Shown: positions 48,402 through 59,794 of the stretch, one piece after another
How the letters are laid out: the number at the start of each line of letters is the position of its first letter
Position numbering within the stretch: position 1 is the first letter of the stretch
Assembly (NCBI GenBank): GCA_965227295.1
Contig: OZ245742.1
Span: forward strand, 512,001-576,000
Direction of reading: 5' to 3'
Length of the DNA stretch: 64,000 nucleotides
Source of the DNA: Leptonemataceae bacterium
GTDB lineage: Bacteria > Spirochaetota > Leptospiria > Leptospirales > Leptonemataceae
Notes under the pieces: model-generated
Database searches by the model: none
What the model was told of the DNA's origin: nothing
The model's input: only the letters and a program-made list of their open reading frames with translations
Translations under genes and position numbers: made by a program

Positions 48402-48962
48402 TTATTCGCTGTCGCGCTTTTTGCGACGGAAACGATCGTACCACTTGCCCTTGCGATCGTCGCCGCGATCCGGTCCTCTGGAATCGCCCTTTTTCGATTC
48501 GCCGTCCGTTGCGTCCGTGCCGTCTTTTTTCTTCTTCGGCTTCGCTTTGGCTTTCTTCTCCGGCACTTTGCGGATTTTCTCTTTGCGATCCACGAGCTCG
48601 ATGATGCTCATCTCCGCCGAATCCGACTGGCGATCCGGAAGGTGAATAATACGCGTATACCCGCCGTTGCGATCTTTGAAACGCGGCGCAATGTCTTCAA
48701 AGAGTTTCTTTACAACGTCGCGATCGCGCAGATGGCGCATGACCTCACGTTTGTTGTGCAGCTCTTTGTGCGCGTCGGCGTCACTCAGATTCTTTTTCGC
48801 GCGGGTAATGAGTTTCTCGGAATAACCGCGGAGGGCCTTCGCCTTCGCCCGGGTGGTCACGATGCGTTCGTGCTCGAACAATGAAGTCGCCATATTGCGC
48901 ATCATCGCCTTGCGATGCGAGTGCGTGCGATTGAGTTGTGCGACGGAATTACGTTTGCGCAT
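48402..48962 (-). CDS. rplQ: 50S ribosomal protein L17 with charged C-terminal extension
   Basis: [19 protein letters not shown] and GGYTRI. Confidence 0.97.
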   Translation of the reverse strand: MRKRNSVAQLNRTHSHRKAMMRNMATSLFEHERIVTTRAKAKALRGYSEKLITRAKKNLSDADAHKELHNKREVMRHLRDRDVVKKLFEDIAPRFKDRNGGYTRIIHLPDRQSDSAEMSIIELVDRKEKIRKVPEKKAKAKPKKKKDGTDATDGESKKGDSRGPDRGDDRKGKWYDRFRRKKRDSE

Positions 48963-49003
48963 GGTTGTTGTTTCCTATTCGGCTTACGCCGGCTTGCGTC
49001 CGA

Positions 49004-49996
49004 TTAGTCCCGCGTGGCAAAGAAATCCCGCATGCCGAATTCCAGATTCATTTCGGCGAGCTTTTGTTTGATTTCGTCCACGCACTGAGTGGAGTAGTGA
49101 CGGGATTTTTTCAGTTCCTCTTCGGTCCGCTTGACCAGATCGGCGACGAATTCAATTTCCAGGCTCTTCAGCACGGACAGGGAACGCACGGACAGGTCGA
49201 GTTCCTCGACGTGTTTTTCGAGGTTTTGCCGCAGCGTCTCCTCGATCTCGTTCGTATCCTCGTCGAAATCGTCGTCTTCTTCTTCGAAGTTGATGAATAC
49301 CGTAAGGTGTTCTTTGAGAATCTTAGCGGCCTGAGCCAGGGCGTCTTCCGGAGCCAGGGAGCCGTCGGTCCAGATCTCCATGATCAGCTTGTCGTAGTCC
49401 GTACGCTGGCCGACACGGGTTTCCGTGACCTCGAAGTTCACGCGTTTCACCGGCGAGAACAGCGCGTCCACCGGAATGGTGCCGATTTCGTCGATGTTCT
49501 TCTTGAGGATTTCAGCGGGAACGTAGCCGCGGCCGCGCTCGAACTGAATATCCATAACCAGTTCTGCGTCTTCGTTCAGGGTGGCAATGTGCAGATCAGG
49601 GTTGAGGATCTGAATCGAAGAGTCCACGGCCAGGTCGCCGGCGCGGAAGATGCCCGCGCCGCGTTTTTCAACATGGATCACTTTCGGTTCGTCACGGCTC
49701 TCGGACTCGTAGTGAGCCCGCACCTGCTTCAGGTTCAGGATGAGGCGAACGACATCCTCGGCGATGCCCTCGATCGTAGAGAACTCGTGCGGGACGTTCT
49801 CGATCTTTACGGCGGTGATGGCGGTGCCTTCAATCGAAGACATCAGCGTGCGACGCAGGGAGTTCCCGATGGTCGTGCCGAAGCCGCGCTCAAAGGGCTC
49901 CGCCGTAAATCGGCCGTAACCGGGTTGGGCCGCATCCTGGGCAAATTCAATCTGTCTCGGGCGCTTCAGGCCGCGTAGGAGGTATTTCGGTGACAA
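49004..49996 (-). CDS. rpoA: RNA polymerase alpha subunit
   Basis: [17 protein letters not shown] and [14 protein letters not shown] start at 49996 with an AGGAG RBS. Confidence 0.97.
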   Translation of the reverse strand: MSPKYLLRGLKRPRQIEFAQDAAQPGYGRFTAEPFERGFGTTIGNSLRRTLMSSIEGTAITAVKIENVPHEFSTIEGIAEDVVRLILNLKQVRAHYESESRDEPKVIHVEKRGAGIFRAGDLAVDSSIQILNPDLHIATLNEDAELVMDIQFERGRGYVPAEILKKNIDEIGTIPVDALFSPVKRVNFEVTETRVGQRTDYDKLIMEIWTDGSLAPEDALAQAAKILKEHLTVFINFEEEDDDFDEDTNEIEETLRQNLEKHVEELDLSVRSLSVLKSLEIEFVADLVKRTEEELKKSRHYSTQCVDEIKQKLAEMNLEFGMRDFFATRD

Positions 49997-50096
49997 CTCT
50001 GATCTCCTGGGCCGGTTCGCTGTTTCGCGATGCCGGCTGTGCTCTGACAATCTACAGTAAAACCAAGCCGCGCTCAAATGAGCGCGACACGATGAA

Positions 50097-50477
50097 TCAA
50101 ACCCGACGCCGTTTGCGCGGGCGGCAACCGTTGTGCGGTAGCGGCGTTACGTCTTTAATGGTGCGAACGGAGATACCTTCGTTCGCAATGCCACGAATGG
50201 CTGACTCGCGGCCGATGCCCGGGCCCTTGACGAATACGTCGACTTCTTTGAGGCCTTGCTCGCGGGCTTTCTCCGCGGCATCCCGGGCCGCCTGCTGGGC
50301 CGCGTACGGCGTGGACTTCCGCGAACCGCGGAAGTTCATGTGGCCGGCGCTCGACCAGGCAATGACATTCCCCGACGGATCGGTGATCGTAACGATGGTG
50401 TTGTTGAACGACGCCTGGACGTAGACGCGACCGCGTGGTACGTTGCGTTTTTCTTTTTTCTTTGCTGCCTGGGCCAT
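50097..50477 (-). CDS. rpsK: 30S ribosomal protein S11
   Basis: [20 protein letters not shown] and PHNGCRP. Confidence 0.98.
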   Translation of the reverse strand: MAQAAKKKEKRNVPRGRVYVQASFNNTIVTITDPSGNVIAWSSAGHMNFRGSRKSTPYAAQQAARDAAEKAREQGLKEVDVFVKGPGIGRESAIRGIANEGISVRTIKDVTPLPHNGCRPRKRRRV

Positions 50478-50490
50478 TTACGATTCCTGC

Positions 50491-50868
50491 TTATTTAGTG
50501 GGCTTCTTCTTGCCGGCGACGGTTTTGCGACGCCCTTTCCGGGTGCGCGCGTTGGTCCGGGAACGCTGGCCGCGTGCCGGAAGACCGAGGCGATGACGAA
50601 GACCGCGATACGAGCCGATGTCCATCAGCCGCTTGATGTTGAGCTGCACCTCGGTACGAAGGTCCCCTTCCACACGATACTTGTCGGAGATGATGCCGCG
50701 GATCGTGTTGACCTGCTGGTCGTCGAGATCCTTGCAGCGGATGGTCTCATCGATCCCCGCTTCGTTCAAGATCTTCTCGGACGTGGTGCGACCGATTCCG
50801 AAAATATACGTGAGCCCGACGACAACTCGTTTGTCGTTCGGGAGTTCTACACCTGATATACGCGCCAT
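50491..50868 (-). CDS. rpsM: 30S ribosomal protein S13
   Basis: MARISGV, YRGLRH and [14 protein letters not shown]. Confidence 0.98.
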   Translation of the reverse strand: MARISGVELPNDKRVVVGLTYIFGIGRTTSEKILNEAGIDETIRCKDLDDQQVNTIRGIISDKYRVEGDLRTEVQLNIKRLMDIGSYRGLRHRLGLPARGQRSRTNARTRKGRRKTVAGKKKPTK

Positions 50869-50916
50869 GCCTTAGCTACCTTCTATAACCTTTTGATCGT
50901 GTCGGATCGCCAACGA

Positions 50917-51030
50917 TCAGCCCTGCCGTTGCTTGTGGCGGGGGTTCTTGCAGATGACGCGTACAATGCCTTTGCGGCGGATTACGCGACAGTCGCTGCA
51001 GATTTTCTTAACGGAAACGCGGACTTTCAT
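50917..51030 (-). CDS. rpmJ: 50S ribosomal protein L36 (not in ORF track)
   Basis: Translated by hand: [37 protein letters not shown]. Confidence 0.97.
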   Translation of the reverse strand: MKVRVSVKKICSDCRVIRRKGIVRVICKNPRHKQRQG

Positions 51031-51079
51031 TATTCGTCTCGTCTTGCTCTTAAGAGTTATTCAGTAATAATTACCGTTC

Positions 51080-51298
51080 TTACTTCCTGCGATACGTGAT
51101 GCGCCCGCGACTCAGGTCGTAAGGCGACAATTCCACCGTAACGCGATCCCCGGGCAGAATGCGGATGTAGTGCATGCGCATTTTACCGGAAATGTGGGCG
51201 AGGACCTTGTGTCCGTTCTCCAGCTCCACGCGAAACATCGCGTTAGGGAGAGGCTCGATCACGGTACCCTCGACTTCAATCGCTTCTTCTTTTGCCAC
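51080..51298 (-). CDS. infA: Translation initiation factor IF-1
   Basis: [14 protein letters not shown] and VELSPYDL. Confidence 0.98.
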   Translation of the reverse strand: MAKEEAIEVEGTVIEPLPNAMFRVELENGHKVLAHISGKMRMHYIRILPGDRVTVELSPYDLSRGRITYRRK

Positions 51299-51390
51299 TC
51301 AATAGTGCCTCTCGCCCAAACCGGGCGAATCTGCCATGATTTTGGACCCACCCGGATTCGTCAGCAACCTTCCAGGAATCCCTGCCGATC

Positions 51391-51966
51391 TCAGCCCTCC
51401 TGGATCTCCTTCAGAATCGCCCGAATGCGGGCCGTAATCTCATCCATTGCCCCCAGTCCGTCGATGCTCTTCAGAATACCCTTCTTCTGATAGTAATCGA
51501 TCAGCGGGGCCGTCTGTTCCTGATAGGTCTTCAGGCGATTTTTGATGACCGGTTCGGTATCGTCCGCGCGGCCGTCTTTCTGGGCGCGATCCAGCAGTCG
51601 CTTGATGAGCTCCTCATCCGGAACTTCCAGATTCAGAGCGGCATCGAGCTTCTGGCCCATGTCCGCCAGGAGCTTTTCCAGGGCGTCGGCCTGCTCGATG
51701 GTACGGGGGAAACCATCCAGGACGTAGCCGTTTTGCGCGTCGCTCTCCTTCAGCCGCTCCCGCACAATTCCGATGACAATGTCATCCGACACGAGCTTGC
51801 CGGCATCCATGAGCGCCTTCGCCTGTTTGCCCAGTTCCGTACCGTTCTTCACGGCAGCCCGCAGAATCTCACCCGTAGAAATCTGCGGGATGTTGTAATC
51901 ATCGCAAATGATCTGCGCCTGGGTTCCTTTGCCGGCCCCCGGGGGGCCCATAAACAACAGCTTCAA
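51391..51966 (-). CDS. adk: Adenylate kinase (short LID type)
   Basis: GPPGAGKGTQA, LDGFPRT and GRADD. Confidence 0.97.
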   Translation of the reverse strand: MKLLFMGPPGAGKGTQAQIICDDYNIPQISTGEILRAAVKNGTELGKQAKALMDAGKLVSDDIVIGIVRERLKESDAQNGYVLDGFPRTIEQADALEKLLADMGQKLDAALNLEVPDEELIKRLLDRAQKDGRADDTEPVIKNRLKTYQEQTAPLIDYYQKKGILKSIDGLGAMDEITARIRAILKEIQEG

Positions 51967-51987
51967 AACTTTCCCCCGCTCCGTTTT

Positions 51988-53349
51988 TCAGGTCCGACCT
52001 TTGATCCGGCCCTTTTTCATAAATCCTTCGTAGTTCCGCATGAGCAGTTGAGACTCCACCTGCTTCAGCGTATCCAATCCGACGCCCACGATAATGAGCA
52101 GCGACGTTCCGCCGAAGGTGTAGGCGAGGCCCTGTATGTTCTGGTTCTCTTCGAGATCCAGCATGTTGATCAAAAAGTACGGGGCGAGCGCGAGACCCGC
52201 GAGGAAGATTGCCCCCGGCAGGGTGATGCGATTCAGCACATACTCGATGTACTCCCGGGTATGCGTGCCGGGACGAATGCCCGGAATGAATCCGCCGTAC
52301 TTCTTCAGGTTCTCCGCCAGATCCTGCGGATTGATCTGGATGGCGGTGTAGAAGTACGCGAAGAAGATGATCAACGCGGTGTAGATGAAGTAATACGGGA
52401 TTTGCTGGTACCAGACAGGCGAGAACGGGTTCAGCCACTCGTTCATAATGCGCCAGCCGATCCAGGTTTCGGTGCCGCCCTGGCCGAGCACACCGAAGAC
52501 CGTCTGCGGAAACAGCAGCAACGACGACGCGAAGATGATCGGCATAACGTTCGCCGAGTTCAACTTAAACGGAATGCTCTGCGAACGGGCCTGCACCATG
52601 CGGCGGCCCTGCATCTTCTTGCCGTACTGAAGTGGGACCTTGCGCACGCCGGTGGACAGCACCACGGTCAGCGCGATCAGAATCACAAACACGATCAAAA
52701 GAATAATGATAATGAAGAAATCCACGCGCTCGTCTTTGACCATCATCCAGAGCATGGCCGGCAACTGCGCAATAATGCCGGCGAAGATGATCAACGACAC
52801 ACCGTTGCCGATGCCCCGCTCGGTAATCTGCTCGCCCATCCACATTAACAGAATGGTGCCGGTGGTAATCGTCAGAATGCCGATCACGAAGAACATGAAC
52901 GGCGACACGTCCGCGGAAACCAGCGGTTCGCCGACGCGGTTCGTCTGGGACTGCGCGTTCAGCAGAATGAAGTACGACTGCACCGCGCACAGCACGATCG
53001 TGCCGTAGCGGGTATACTGGTTGATCTTCTTACGGCCCTCTTCGCCTTCACGTTGCAGGCGCGCCAGCGGTGGGATGACCACGGTCAGCAGGTTCATGAT
53101 GATCGAGGCCGAGATGTACGGCATGATGCCGAGAGAAAAGACCGAGAGTTTGAAGAGCGCCCCGCCCGAGAAGACGTTGACCACGTCGAGAAAGGACTGC
53201 CCCTCGGGACGCGCCAGGGCCACCGCCACCGGGTTTACGCCCGGGATCGTAACGAAAATCCCGAAGCGGTAGAGAATCAACATGCCCAGGGTGAACAGGA
53301 TCTTGCTGCGCAGTTCGGGAATGCGGAAGATGTTGATGATCGAACTCAT
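51988..53349 (-). CDS. secY: Preprotein translocase SecY
   Basis: [28 protein letters not shown] and FGGTSLLI. Confidence 0.98.
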   Translation of the reverse strand: MSSIINIFRIPELRSKILFTLGMLILYRFGIFVTIPGVNPVAVALARPEGQSFLDVVNVFSGGALFKLSVFSLGIMPYISASIIMNLLTVVIPPLARLQREGEEGRKKINQYTRYGTIVLCAVQSYFILLNAQSQTNRVGEPLVSADVSPFMFFVIGILTITTGTILLMWMGEQITERGIGNGVSLIIFAGIIAQLPAMLWMMVKDERVDFFIIIILLIVFVILIALTVVLSTGVRKVPLQYGKKMQGRRMVQARSQSIPFKLNSANVMPIIFASSLLLFPQTVFGVLGQGGTETWIGWRIMNEWLNPFSPVWYQQIPYYFIYTALIIFFAYFYTAIQINPQDLAENLKKYGGFIPGIRPGTHTREYIEYVLNRITLPGAIFLAGLALAPYFLINMLDLEENQNIQGLAYTFGGTSLLIIVGVGLDTLKQVESQLLMRNYEGFMKKGRIKGRT

Positions 53350-53407
53350 AGAAATTCAGGTATGTGGTAAGGCGAACGGAGGTCGGCTGAAAGCAGGATG
53401 CGGATCC

Positions 53408-54010
53408 CTACTTCGCCTCGCCCTGTTTCACCGATTTGCGAGCCGCGCGCTTCGCTTCAGTAATCTCTTTGCGCAGTTGCCTCGGCTCGCGCAGACTTAC
53501 CGAACCGCCGGCCGCCTCGATTTTCTTTTTCGCGCTTTCGGAAACGGCGTCGGCCGTGATCTGTAGCCCGGCCTTAATCTCACCGGTGCCGAGGATCTTC
53601 ACTTTCTGCAACGCGTCGCGAATGAGACCCTTCGCCGCCAGCTCCGCCGGACCCACGGCCCCGGAAAGGCCGGCACGATCCAGGCGGAACAGGTTTACTT
53701 CCTGGTAGTCGACGCTCCAGATATTCGTAAAACCGCGCTTCGGTACCCGACGGTGCAGCGGCATTTGACCGCCTTCAAAACCCGCGGTATGTGAATAGCC
53801 CGAGCGAGACTTCTGGCCCTTCTGGCCGCGGCTGGAGGTCTTGCCCATGCCGCTGCTGCGCCCGCGACCCACGCGCTTACGTTCTTTGCGACTGCCTTTC
53901 GGCGGCGCAATGGGTTCCTGAACGCCGGTGCGATCGTTCTCTTTGCGCTTCCGGTCGCTGTGCAGCGAACCATAGTTCAGGTTCTCGCTCTTTTGTTTCT
54001 GTTCGCTCAT
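53408..54010 (-). CDS. rplO: 50S ribosomal protein L15 with terminal extensions
   Basis: RVGRG..SG.GKT..RG.KGQ and FEGGQMPL.RR.PKRGF. Confidence 0.95.
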   Translation of the reverse strand: MSEQKQKSENLNYGSLHSDRKRKENDRTGVQEPIAPPKGSRKERKRVGRGRSSGMGKTSSRGQKGQKSRSGYSHTAGFEGGQMPLHRRVPKRGFTNIWSVDYQEVNLFRLDRAGLSGAVGPAELAAKGLIRDALQKVKILGTGEIKAGLQITADAVSESAKKKIEAAGGSVSLREPRQLRKEITEAKRAARKSVKQGEAK

Positions 54011-54035
54011 GGCAATATTACTCAACAGAGGACGC

Positions 54036-54221
54036 TCAGGCGTCCTCGACTTTGATCAGGTACTCGACCTGTTTGATCATGCCCTGGATCACCGGGCTCA
54101 GCGTATGCTCGCGCACCGCGCCGATCTTGCGCAGGCCGAGGGCGCGCAACGTCGCCCGATGTTTCGGGATGCGACCGATGCCGCTGCGAATTTGCGTGAC
54201 TTTTACTTTCTTACCGCTCAT
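54036..54221 (-). CDS. rpmD: 50S ribosomal protein L30
   Basis: VTQIRSGIG...ATLRALGLRK. Confidence 0.96.
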   Translation of the reverse strand: MSGKKVKVTQIRSGIGRIPKHRATLRALGLRKIGAVREHTLSPVIQGMIKQVEYLIKVEDA

Positions 54222-54249
54222 AGGATTTCCGTCTTTTCGGCTTCGTTTC

Positions 54250-54768
54250 TCAGTACTCGTCGCCGAAGAGCTGCGTCATGGTAATGCCGCGTTTCTTCGC
54301 CGACACGACAGGTGTTTCCAACTGCGCCAGCGCGTCCATCGTCGCCCGCACTACGTTAATGGTATTCTTCGAACCCACCACTTTAGAAAGCACGTCGTGT
54401 ACACCGGCCTGTTCGACCACGGCACGCACCGCTTCCCCGGCGATGATTCCCGTTCCCGGCGTGGCCGGACGCAGCATCACGCGCGTCGACTTGAATGTGC
54501 CGACCACTTCGTGGGGCAGCGTGCCCTTGCGCGTGAGATGCACGTCGATCATGGTCCGCCGGGCGGTTTCGATGGCTTTCCGAATCGCGTCGGGAACCTC
54601 GTTGGCTTTGCCGAGACCGATGCCCACCCGACCCGCGGTGTCACCGACTACCGCGAGTGAGTTGAACGAAAAGCGCCGACCGCCCTTTACTACTTTAGAA
54701 ACACGATTGATCTTAACGACTTTCTCGACTAACTCGCGTTCCGCATCCTGCGTTGCCGGTTGCATCAT
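54250..54768 (-). CDS. rpsE: 30S ribosomal protein S5
   Basis: [16 protein letters not shown] and GTGIIAG. Confidence 0.98.
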   Translation of the reverse strand: MMQPATQDAERELVEKVVKINRVSKVVKGGRRFSFNSLAVVGDTAGRVGIGLGKANEVPDAIRKAIETARRTMIDVHLTRKGTLPHEVVGTFKSTRVMLRPATPGTGIIAGEAVRAVVEQAGVHDVLSKVVGSKNTINVVRATMDALAQLETPVVSAKKRGITMTQLFGDEY

Positions 54769-54771
54769 AAC

Positions 54772-55131
54772 TTAAAACTCCAGTCCTTTTTCCCGCGCGG
54801 CGTCCGCGAAGGCGGCGATCTTGCCGTGATAGAGAAAACCGCGGCGGTCCAGAACCACCTGCTTCACACCCTTGTCGACGGCGCGCTGAGCAATCAGCTC
54901 TCCGAGGGCTTTCGCGGCTTCTTTGTTCTTACCCTTCGTCGGGAAGCTCTTCTCGTTCGTGGCAGCCGCGCACAGCGTCTTGCCGCTCACGTCGTCGATG
55001 ATCTGCACGGCGAGGAAACGATTCGAGCGATTGATGACCAGCCGCGGACGGGTGGTCTTCGGGCGAATCGCATGGCGGACCCGGGTGACCCGGCGCCGCA
55101 GTCGTGCGCGTTTGTCCTGTACTCTGTTCAT
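54772..55131 (-). CDS. rplR: 50S ribosomal protein L18
   Basis: RPRL...RSN, DR.GFLYHG and AREKGLEF. Confidence 0.97.
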   Translation of the reverse strand: MNRVQDKRARLRRRVTRVRHAIRPKTTRPRLVINRSNRFLAVQIIDDVSGKTLCAAATNEKSFPTKGKNKEAAKALGELIAQRAVDKGVKQVVLDRRGFLYHGKIAAFADAAREKGLEF

Positions 55132-55167
55132 AATGGCGTTCCCTGAATCCGATCGCTTAAATCTTAC

Positions 55168-55716
55168 TTACTTTTTACCGGCCTTGCCCGCCTTACCGGC
55201 TTTGCGGCGGATGTGCTCGTCAGCGTACTTCACGCCTTTGCCCTTGTAGGGCTCCGGCGGGCGCAGCGCGCGCAGTTCCGAGGCAACCTGGCCCAGCTTT
55301 TGTTTGTCGATGCTCGTGAGTTCGACCTTGGTCTGGTCCGTTACGGTAGCCTTCACCGCGTCGGGCAGAGGATAGCGAACCTCGTGGGAATAGCCCAGGG
55401 ACAGAACGAGTTCGTTGCCCTTGAGCTGCGCCCGATAACCTACGCCGACCAGTTCCATACGGCGGCTCCAGCCTTTGCTCACGCCTTCAATGCAATTCGC
55501 GAGCAACGCCCGCGTCGTGCCGTGCAGAGCTCGCAATTTACGCGAGTCGTCGGCACGTTTAATGAAAACCCGGCCGTCGTTTTCTTCAAACGTAATGCCT
55601 TCGGGCAGCGGAGCACTCAGTTGTCCCTGCGCCCCCTTCACGACGATCTCGCCGTTCGCGGCTTTCAGTTCCACGCCGTTCGGCACTGCAATAGAGGCAT
55701 TTCCTACTCGTGACAT
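55168..55716 (-). CDS. rplF: 50S ribosomal protein L6
   Basis: GVGYRA and RPPEPYKGKGV. Confidence 0.98.
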   Translation of the reverse strand: MSRVGNASIAVPNGVELKAANGEIVVKGAQGQLSAPLPEGITFEENDGRVFIKRADDSRKLRALHGTTRALLANCIEGVSKGWSRRMELVGVGYRAQLKGNELVLSLGYSHEVRYPLPDAVKATVTDQTKVELTSIDKQKLGQVASELRALRPPEPYKGKGVKYADEHIRRKAGKAGKAGKK

Positions 55717-55747
55717 GATATCGTTCTCCAGATGAAGCCGCGCGATC

Positions 55748-56143
55748 TTACCATACGCGGCAGAGGATCTCGCCCCCGATGTTCAGCTTCTTCGCTTTGC
55801 GCCCCGTCATCACGCCCTGGGACGTGGAAACGATGGCGATGCCCATGTTATTCCGCACCGGACGCATTTCCCGGCCTTTCACGTAGTAGCGGCGGCCCGG
55901 GCTCGACACACGCTCCAGTTGACGGATGACCGGAGTTTTGCCGGCATACTTCAACTGGACTTCGATGTCCGCTTTGCGGTTCTCGGTCTTCATCTCGAAC
56001 CCCGCGATAAAACCCTCGCGCTTGAGGATATCGAGAATGGCGACCTTTAACTTCGATCCCGGGAAACTTACTGTACGGTGCCCGGCCCGCGATCCGTTCC
56101 GGATTCGCGTCAACATATCTGCAATGGGATCAGAAAGACTCAT
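55748..56143 (-). CDS. rpsH: 30S ribosomal protein S8
   Basis: MSLSDPIADMLTRIRN and GGEILC.VW. The true start is internal to the track ORF. Confidence 0.97.
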   Translation of the reverse strand: MSLSDPIADMLTRIRNGSRAGHRTVSFPGSKLKVAILDILKREGFIAGFEMKTENRKADIEVQLKYAGKTPVIRQLERVSSPGRRYYVKGREMRPVRNNMGIAIVSTSQGVMTGRKAKKLNIGGEILCRVW

Positions 56144-56156
56144 AATGACCTCTATC

Positions 56157-56342
56157 TTACCAGGATGATTTAACCACACCCGGAACGTGGCCCTTGCCGG
56201 CCAGTTGGCGGAAACAAATCCGGCACATATCAAAGCGGCGCATATAGCCGCGAGGGCGTCCGCATAACGGGCAGCGGTTGTACGCCCGGACCGCAAACTT
56301 CGGTTTACGGCGTTGTTTTTCTTCGAGTGACTTCTTCGCCAT
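56157..56342 (-). CDS. rpsN: 30S ribosomal protein S14 (type Z, zinc-binding)
   Basis: RCPLCGRP...CRICFR. Confidence 0.97.
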   Translation of the reverse strand: MAKKSLEEKQRRKPKFAVRAYNRCPLCGRPRGYMRRFDMCRICFRQLAGKGHVPGVVKSSW

Positions 56343-56363
56343 GTTCTTGCGCCTTTCTTGCTA

Positions 56364-56921
56364 TTAGCCTTCTTTCTCTTTCTTTTTGCGGAACGGCAGC
56401 CCCAGCTTCGTGAAGAGTGAGTGCGCCTCGGTGTCGTTCACCGCGGTGGTGACCATCGTGATATTCATCCCGTGGTAGCTATCCACCTTATCCACGTCGA
56501 TTTCGGGAAAGATGATTTGTTCTTTGATACCCATGTTGTAGTTGCCGCGGCCGTCAAAACCGTTCGGGTTCAGACCCTTAAAGTCCCGAACCCGCGGCAA
56601 CGCAACGCCGACGAGACGTTCGAGGAATTCGAACATCCGGCGACCACGCAACGTAACCCGCGCGCCCACGGCCATGCCTTCGCGCAGTTTAAAACCGGCG
56701 ATGGACTTGCGCGCCGCGGTCTTGACCGGGCGCTGGCCCGTGATGGCCGCCAGTTCTTCCAGAGCCACTTCCAGACCCTTGGGGTTACCCGAGGCGTCGC
56801 CCATGCCGACGTTCAGCACGATTTTTTCCAGGCGCGGCACCTGCATAATGGACTTGTACTGGAACTCCTGGTGCAGTTCCGGCACGATCGTCTCTTTGTA
56901 TTTCTGCATTAAAGCGCTCAT
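56364..56921 (-). CDS. rplE: 50S ribosomal protein L5
   Basis: KIVLNVG, LPRVRDF and FDGRGNY. Confidence 0.98.
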   Translation of the reverse strand: MSALMQKYKETIVPELHQEFQYKSIMQVPRLEKIVLNVGMGDASGNPKGLEVALEELAAITGQRPVKTAARKSIAGFKLREGMAVGARVTLRGRRMFEFLERLVGVALPRVRDFKGLNPNGFDGRGNYNMGIKEQIIFPEIDVDKVDSYHGMNITMVTTAVNDTEAHSLFTKLGLPFRKKKEKEG

Positions 56922-56948
56922 GTTACGCTGACCTTACTCAAAATAACC

Positions 56949-57332
56949 TTACTTGTCTTTGTCCTTAATCTCCCGGACTTCGCCTTTGCCGAGGCGCATC
57001 ACGCGAGATTTGGAACCCTTATCGTCCGTCTTGTAGCCCAAACGACGCCCCTGCTTGCTCTTCGAATCGTAGTACATCACGTTCGAAATGTGCAGACCGC
57101 TTTCCACTTCAATAGCGCCGCCCTGGGGATTCTCCTGGGTGGGACGCTGGAAACGTTTGATCTTGTTCACGCCCTGGACCACAACGCGATCCCGACGCTT
57201 GTCGATGAACATGATCTCACCGCGTTTGCCTTTTTCGCGGCCGGCGATGACGACAACCTCGTCGCCGATCTTCAGCTTCACGCGACGGTGCTTCGCGACC
57301 TCAGGATCGATGTATTTCTTGTTCTCAGCCAT
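56949..57332 (-). CDS. rplX: 50S ribosomal protein L24
   Basis: GDEVVVIAGREKGKRG and HISNV. Confidence 0.97.
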   Translation of the reverse strand: MAENKKYIDPEVAKHRRVKLKIGDEVVVIAGREKGKRGEIMFIDKRRDRVVVQGVNKIKRFQRPTQENPQGGAIEVESGLHISNVMYYDSKSKQGRRLGYKTDDKGSKSRVMRLGKGEVREIKDKDK

Positions 57333-57364
57333 TCTCGTTCTCTACTTTTGGTCCGGCGCGAGCC

Positions 57365-57757
57365 TCAAAGGACTTCCGGCGCCAGCGAAACGATCTTCAT
57401 GAACTTGCGGTCCCGCAGTTCCCGGGCCACCGGCCCGAAGATCCGCGTGCCGCGCGGGTTCATCTTTTCGTCGATGATGGCGCAGGCGTTGTCGTCGAAA
57501 CGAATGTACGATCCGTCCGGACGCCGAATTTCTTTGCGGGTGCGAACGACTACCGCCTTCTGCACGGCCTTGTTATGCACCTTCTTACCGGTACTGTCCT
57601 TAATGCCGTAGGCCGGAACGCTGTCCTTCACCGCCACGACGATGACGTCACCCACGGTGGCGTAACGCCGACGGGTGCCGCCCAGTACCTTAATGCACTG
57701 CACGCGACGGGCGCCGGTGTTGTCGGCTACATCCAGAAAAGATTCTACCTGAATCAT
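57365..57757 (-). CDS. rplN: 50S ribosomal protein L14 (Leptospiraceae-type insertion)
   Basis: VADNTGA, IRFDDNA and [12 protein letters not shown]. Confidence 0.98.
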   Translation of the reverse strand: MIQVESFLDVADNTGARRVQCIKVLGGTRRRYATVGDVIVVAVKDSVPAYGIKDSTGKKVHNKAVQKAVVVRTRKEIRRPDGSYIRFDDNACAIIDEKMNPRGTRIFGPVARELRDRKFMKIVSLAPEVL

Positions 57758-58023
57758 TGCGCACGCTCCACGATCTTATGCAGACGATGACGTTTCTCTT
57801 TGGAAAGGCGACGCGTTTCGATAGCCAGGACCACGTCTCCGACGTTCGCTTCATTGCGCTCGTCATGGATCTTGATCCGCCGCGAACGGCGCATACTCTT
57901 GTGGAACAACGGGTGACGGATCAGCGTTTCCACGAGAATAATGCGGGTCTTGTCGTTCTTCGCAGAGACGACCTTGCCCCGAATGATCTTAAAGTTTTTA
58001 CTGCGTTCTTTTTGCGTCGCCAT
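57754..58023 (-). CDS. rpsQ: 30S ribosomal protein S17
   Basis: [15 protein letters not shown] and ETRRLSK. Confidence 0.96.
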   Translation of the reverse strand: MATQKERSKNFKIIRGKVVSAKNDKTRIILVETLIRHPLFHKSMRRSRRIKIHDERNEANVGDVVLAIETRRLSKEKRHRLHKIVERAQ

Positions 58024-58064
58024 ATGCGCCCATCGCGTCTACGCCGGCGAACCGGCGGATGCTC

Positions 58065-58289
58065 TTACGATTTCTTCTTCCCTGTAATCTCGATGCCCTT
58101 CTTGCGGGCGTTGCGCACGGTCAAAATCCGTGCGATGTTCTTCTTCAGTTGTCCCACTCGTGAGGGATTCTGGAGTGAACGGGCCACGGCAAAGTGGAAC
58201 CGCAGGTCCATGAGTTCGCGACGGGCGTTCTCAAGCTGCTTGCCCAGTTCTTCGTCCGTCATATCGTGAAATGAAGTCGACTTTGCCAT
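58065..58289 (-). CDS. rpmC: 50S ribosomal protein L29
   Basis: EL.DLRF and KKNIARILT. Confidence 0.95.
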   Translation of the reverse strand: MAKSTSFHDMTDEELGKQLENARRELMDLRFHFAVARSLQNPSRVGQLKKNIARILTVRNARKKGIEITGKKKS

Positions 58290-58293
58290 GATC

Positions 58294-58707
58294 TTACACG
58301 AGCTCCTTCTTTACGAAGGTGGTCTTGAGCGGGAGCTTAAACGCCGCCAGCTCCAGGGCTTCGCGGGCCACCGCTTCGTCTACGCCGCTCATTTCGAAGA
58401 GCATCCGGCCCGGGCGAATCTGAGCCACCCAGTACTCCGGAGAGCCCTTACCGCTACCCATTCGGGTCTCGGCCGGCTTCTTCGTGACCGGACGATCCGG
58501 GAAGATGCGAATCCACATCTTACCACCCCGCTTCACGCGGCGGGTCATGGCCCGGCGAGCAGCTTCGATCTGCCGTGCGGTAAGATAACCGGAAGTGACG
58601 GCCTTCAGACCGAACTCTCCGAACGATACCTTATTCCCGCGGTTGGCATTGCCCTTAAGGCGACCGCGCTGCCGCTTACGAAATTTAACTCTCTTCGGCG
58701 CTAACAT
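58294..58707 (-). CDS. rplP: 50S ribosomal protein L16
   Basis: QIEAARR and ETRMGSGKG. Confidence 0.98.
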   Translation of the reverse strand: MLAPKRVKFRKRQRGRLKGNANRGNKVSFGEFGLKAVTSGYLTARQIEAARRAMTRRVKRGGKMWIRIFPDRPVTKKPAETRMGSGKGSPEYWVAQIRPGRMLFEMSGVDEAVAREALELAAFKLPLKTTFVKKELV

Positions 58708-58716
58708 AAGATTGCA

Positions 58717-59394
58717 TCAACCGGTACGACGACGAACCGCGTACTGGTCTTCCTCCTCTTTCTCGAGTCCCGGAAGCAGGTCGCCGTGATAGGTCCACAC
58801 CTTCACGCCGATCATGCCGTAGGTGGTCTTCGCTGCGCTGTTAGCGTATTCGACTTTCGCGCGCAGTGTATGCAGCGGCACACGACCGTCCTTGTAGGAC
58901 TCGGCCCGGGCCATATCCGCACCGTTCAGACGACCACCCACCGCGATCTTCACTCCCTCGATGCCGCCGCGCATCGCGCCGCGTAGAGCCTGCTTCATCA
59001 CCCGACGGAACGGCATGCGCTGCTCCAGTTGCTGGGCGATGGTGTCGGCGATGATCTGAGCGACCGTCTCGGGCTTCTTCACCTCGACGATGCTGATGGA
59101 CAGCGGGCGCTCGACCTTCTTCTTAAGATCGGCTTTGAGCGCTTCGATGGAAGAACCCTTCTGCCCGATGATCACCCCCGGACGAACCGTGTGGATGTTG
59201 ATGTTGATCTTTTCGGGAAAACGCTCGATGACGATCTTCACGATTCCGGCGCGCTTGAAGCGGCCGTTGATCTCCCGGCGAATCATCAGATCTTCGTGGA
59301 GGTTCTTTTTATAGTCTTCCCCCGCGTACCAGATGGAATCCCAGCTCCGGGTGATCCCCAGTCGCAGTCCCGTTGGATTTACTTTTTGACCCAT
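58717..59394 (-). CDS. rpsC: 30S ribosomal protein S3
   Basis: MGQKVNP.GLRLG and [10 protein letters not shown]. Confidence 0.98.
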   Translation of the reverse strand: MGQKVNPTGLRLGITRSWDSIWYAGEDYKKNLHEDLMIRREINGRFKRAGIVKIVIERFPEKININIHTVRPGVIIGQKGSSIEALKADLKKKVERPLSISIVEVKKPETVAQIIADTIAQQLEQRMPFRRVMKQALRGAMRGGIEGVKIAVGGRLNGADMARAESYKDGRVPLHTLRAKVEYANSAAKTTYGMIGVKVWTYHGDLLPGLEKEEEDQYAVRRRTG

Positions 59395-59436
59395 AGATAA
59401 GTTCCGTGTTTCTCTTTGATGTGCCGACGCGGGATC

Positions 59437-59775
59437 TTACTGATCGTCGCTCAACACCACCGTAATATGACTCGTCGGCTTCAGGATGCGGACACCGCGT
59501 CCCCGGGCCCGCGGGCGCCAGCGCTTCAGCGTCGGGCCGGCGTCTACGTACAACTTCTTAATGTAGAGATCCTCGTCCTTGAGGCCCTCGTTGACCTGCG
59601 CCGCATTCGCGCGTGCCGACTTCAGCAGCGTACCGAGAAAACCCGCCGCTTTCTTCGGAATGAACCGCAGCATGTCTACGGCTTCCGAGTAAGTGAACCC
59701 ACGAATCTCGTCCGCCACCAGGCGGACCTTGCGGGGACTGATCAAAAGAAACCGTGCTGTCGCTTTACTTTCCAT
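59437..59775 (-). CDS. rplV: 50S ribosomal protein L22
   Basis: SPRKVRLVAD and PRARGR. Confidence 0.98.
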   Translation of the reverse strand: MESKATARFLLISPRKVRLVADEIRGFTYSEAVDMLRFIPKKAAGFLGTLLKSARANAAQVNEGLKDEDLYIKKLYVDAGPTLKRWRPRARGRGVRILKPTSHITVVLSDDQ

Positions 59776-59794
59776 CTCTCTTCAGTACTCCCGC

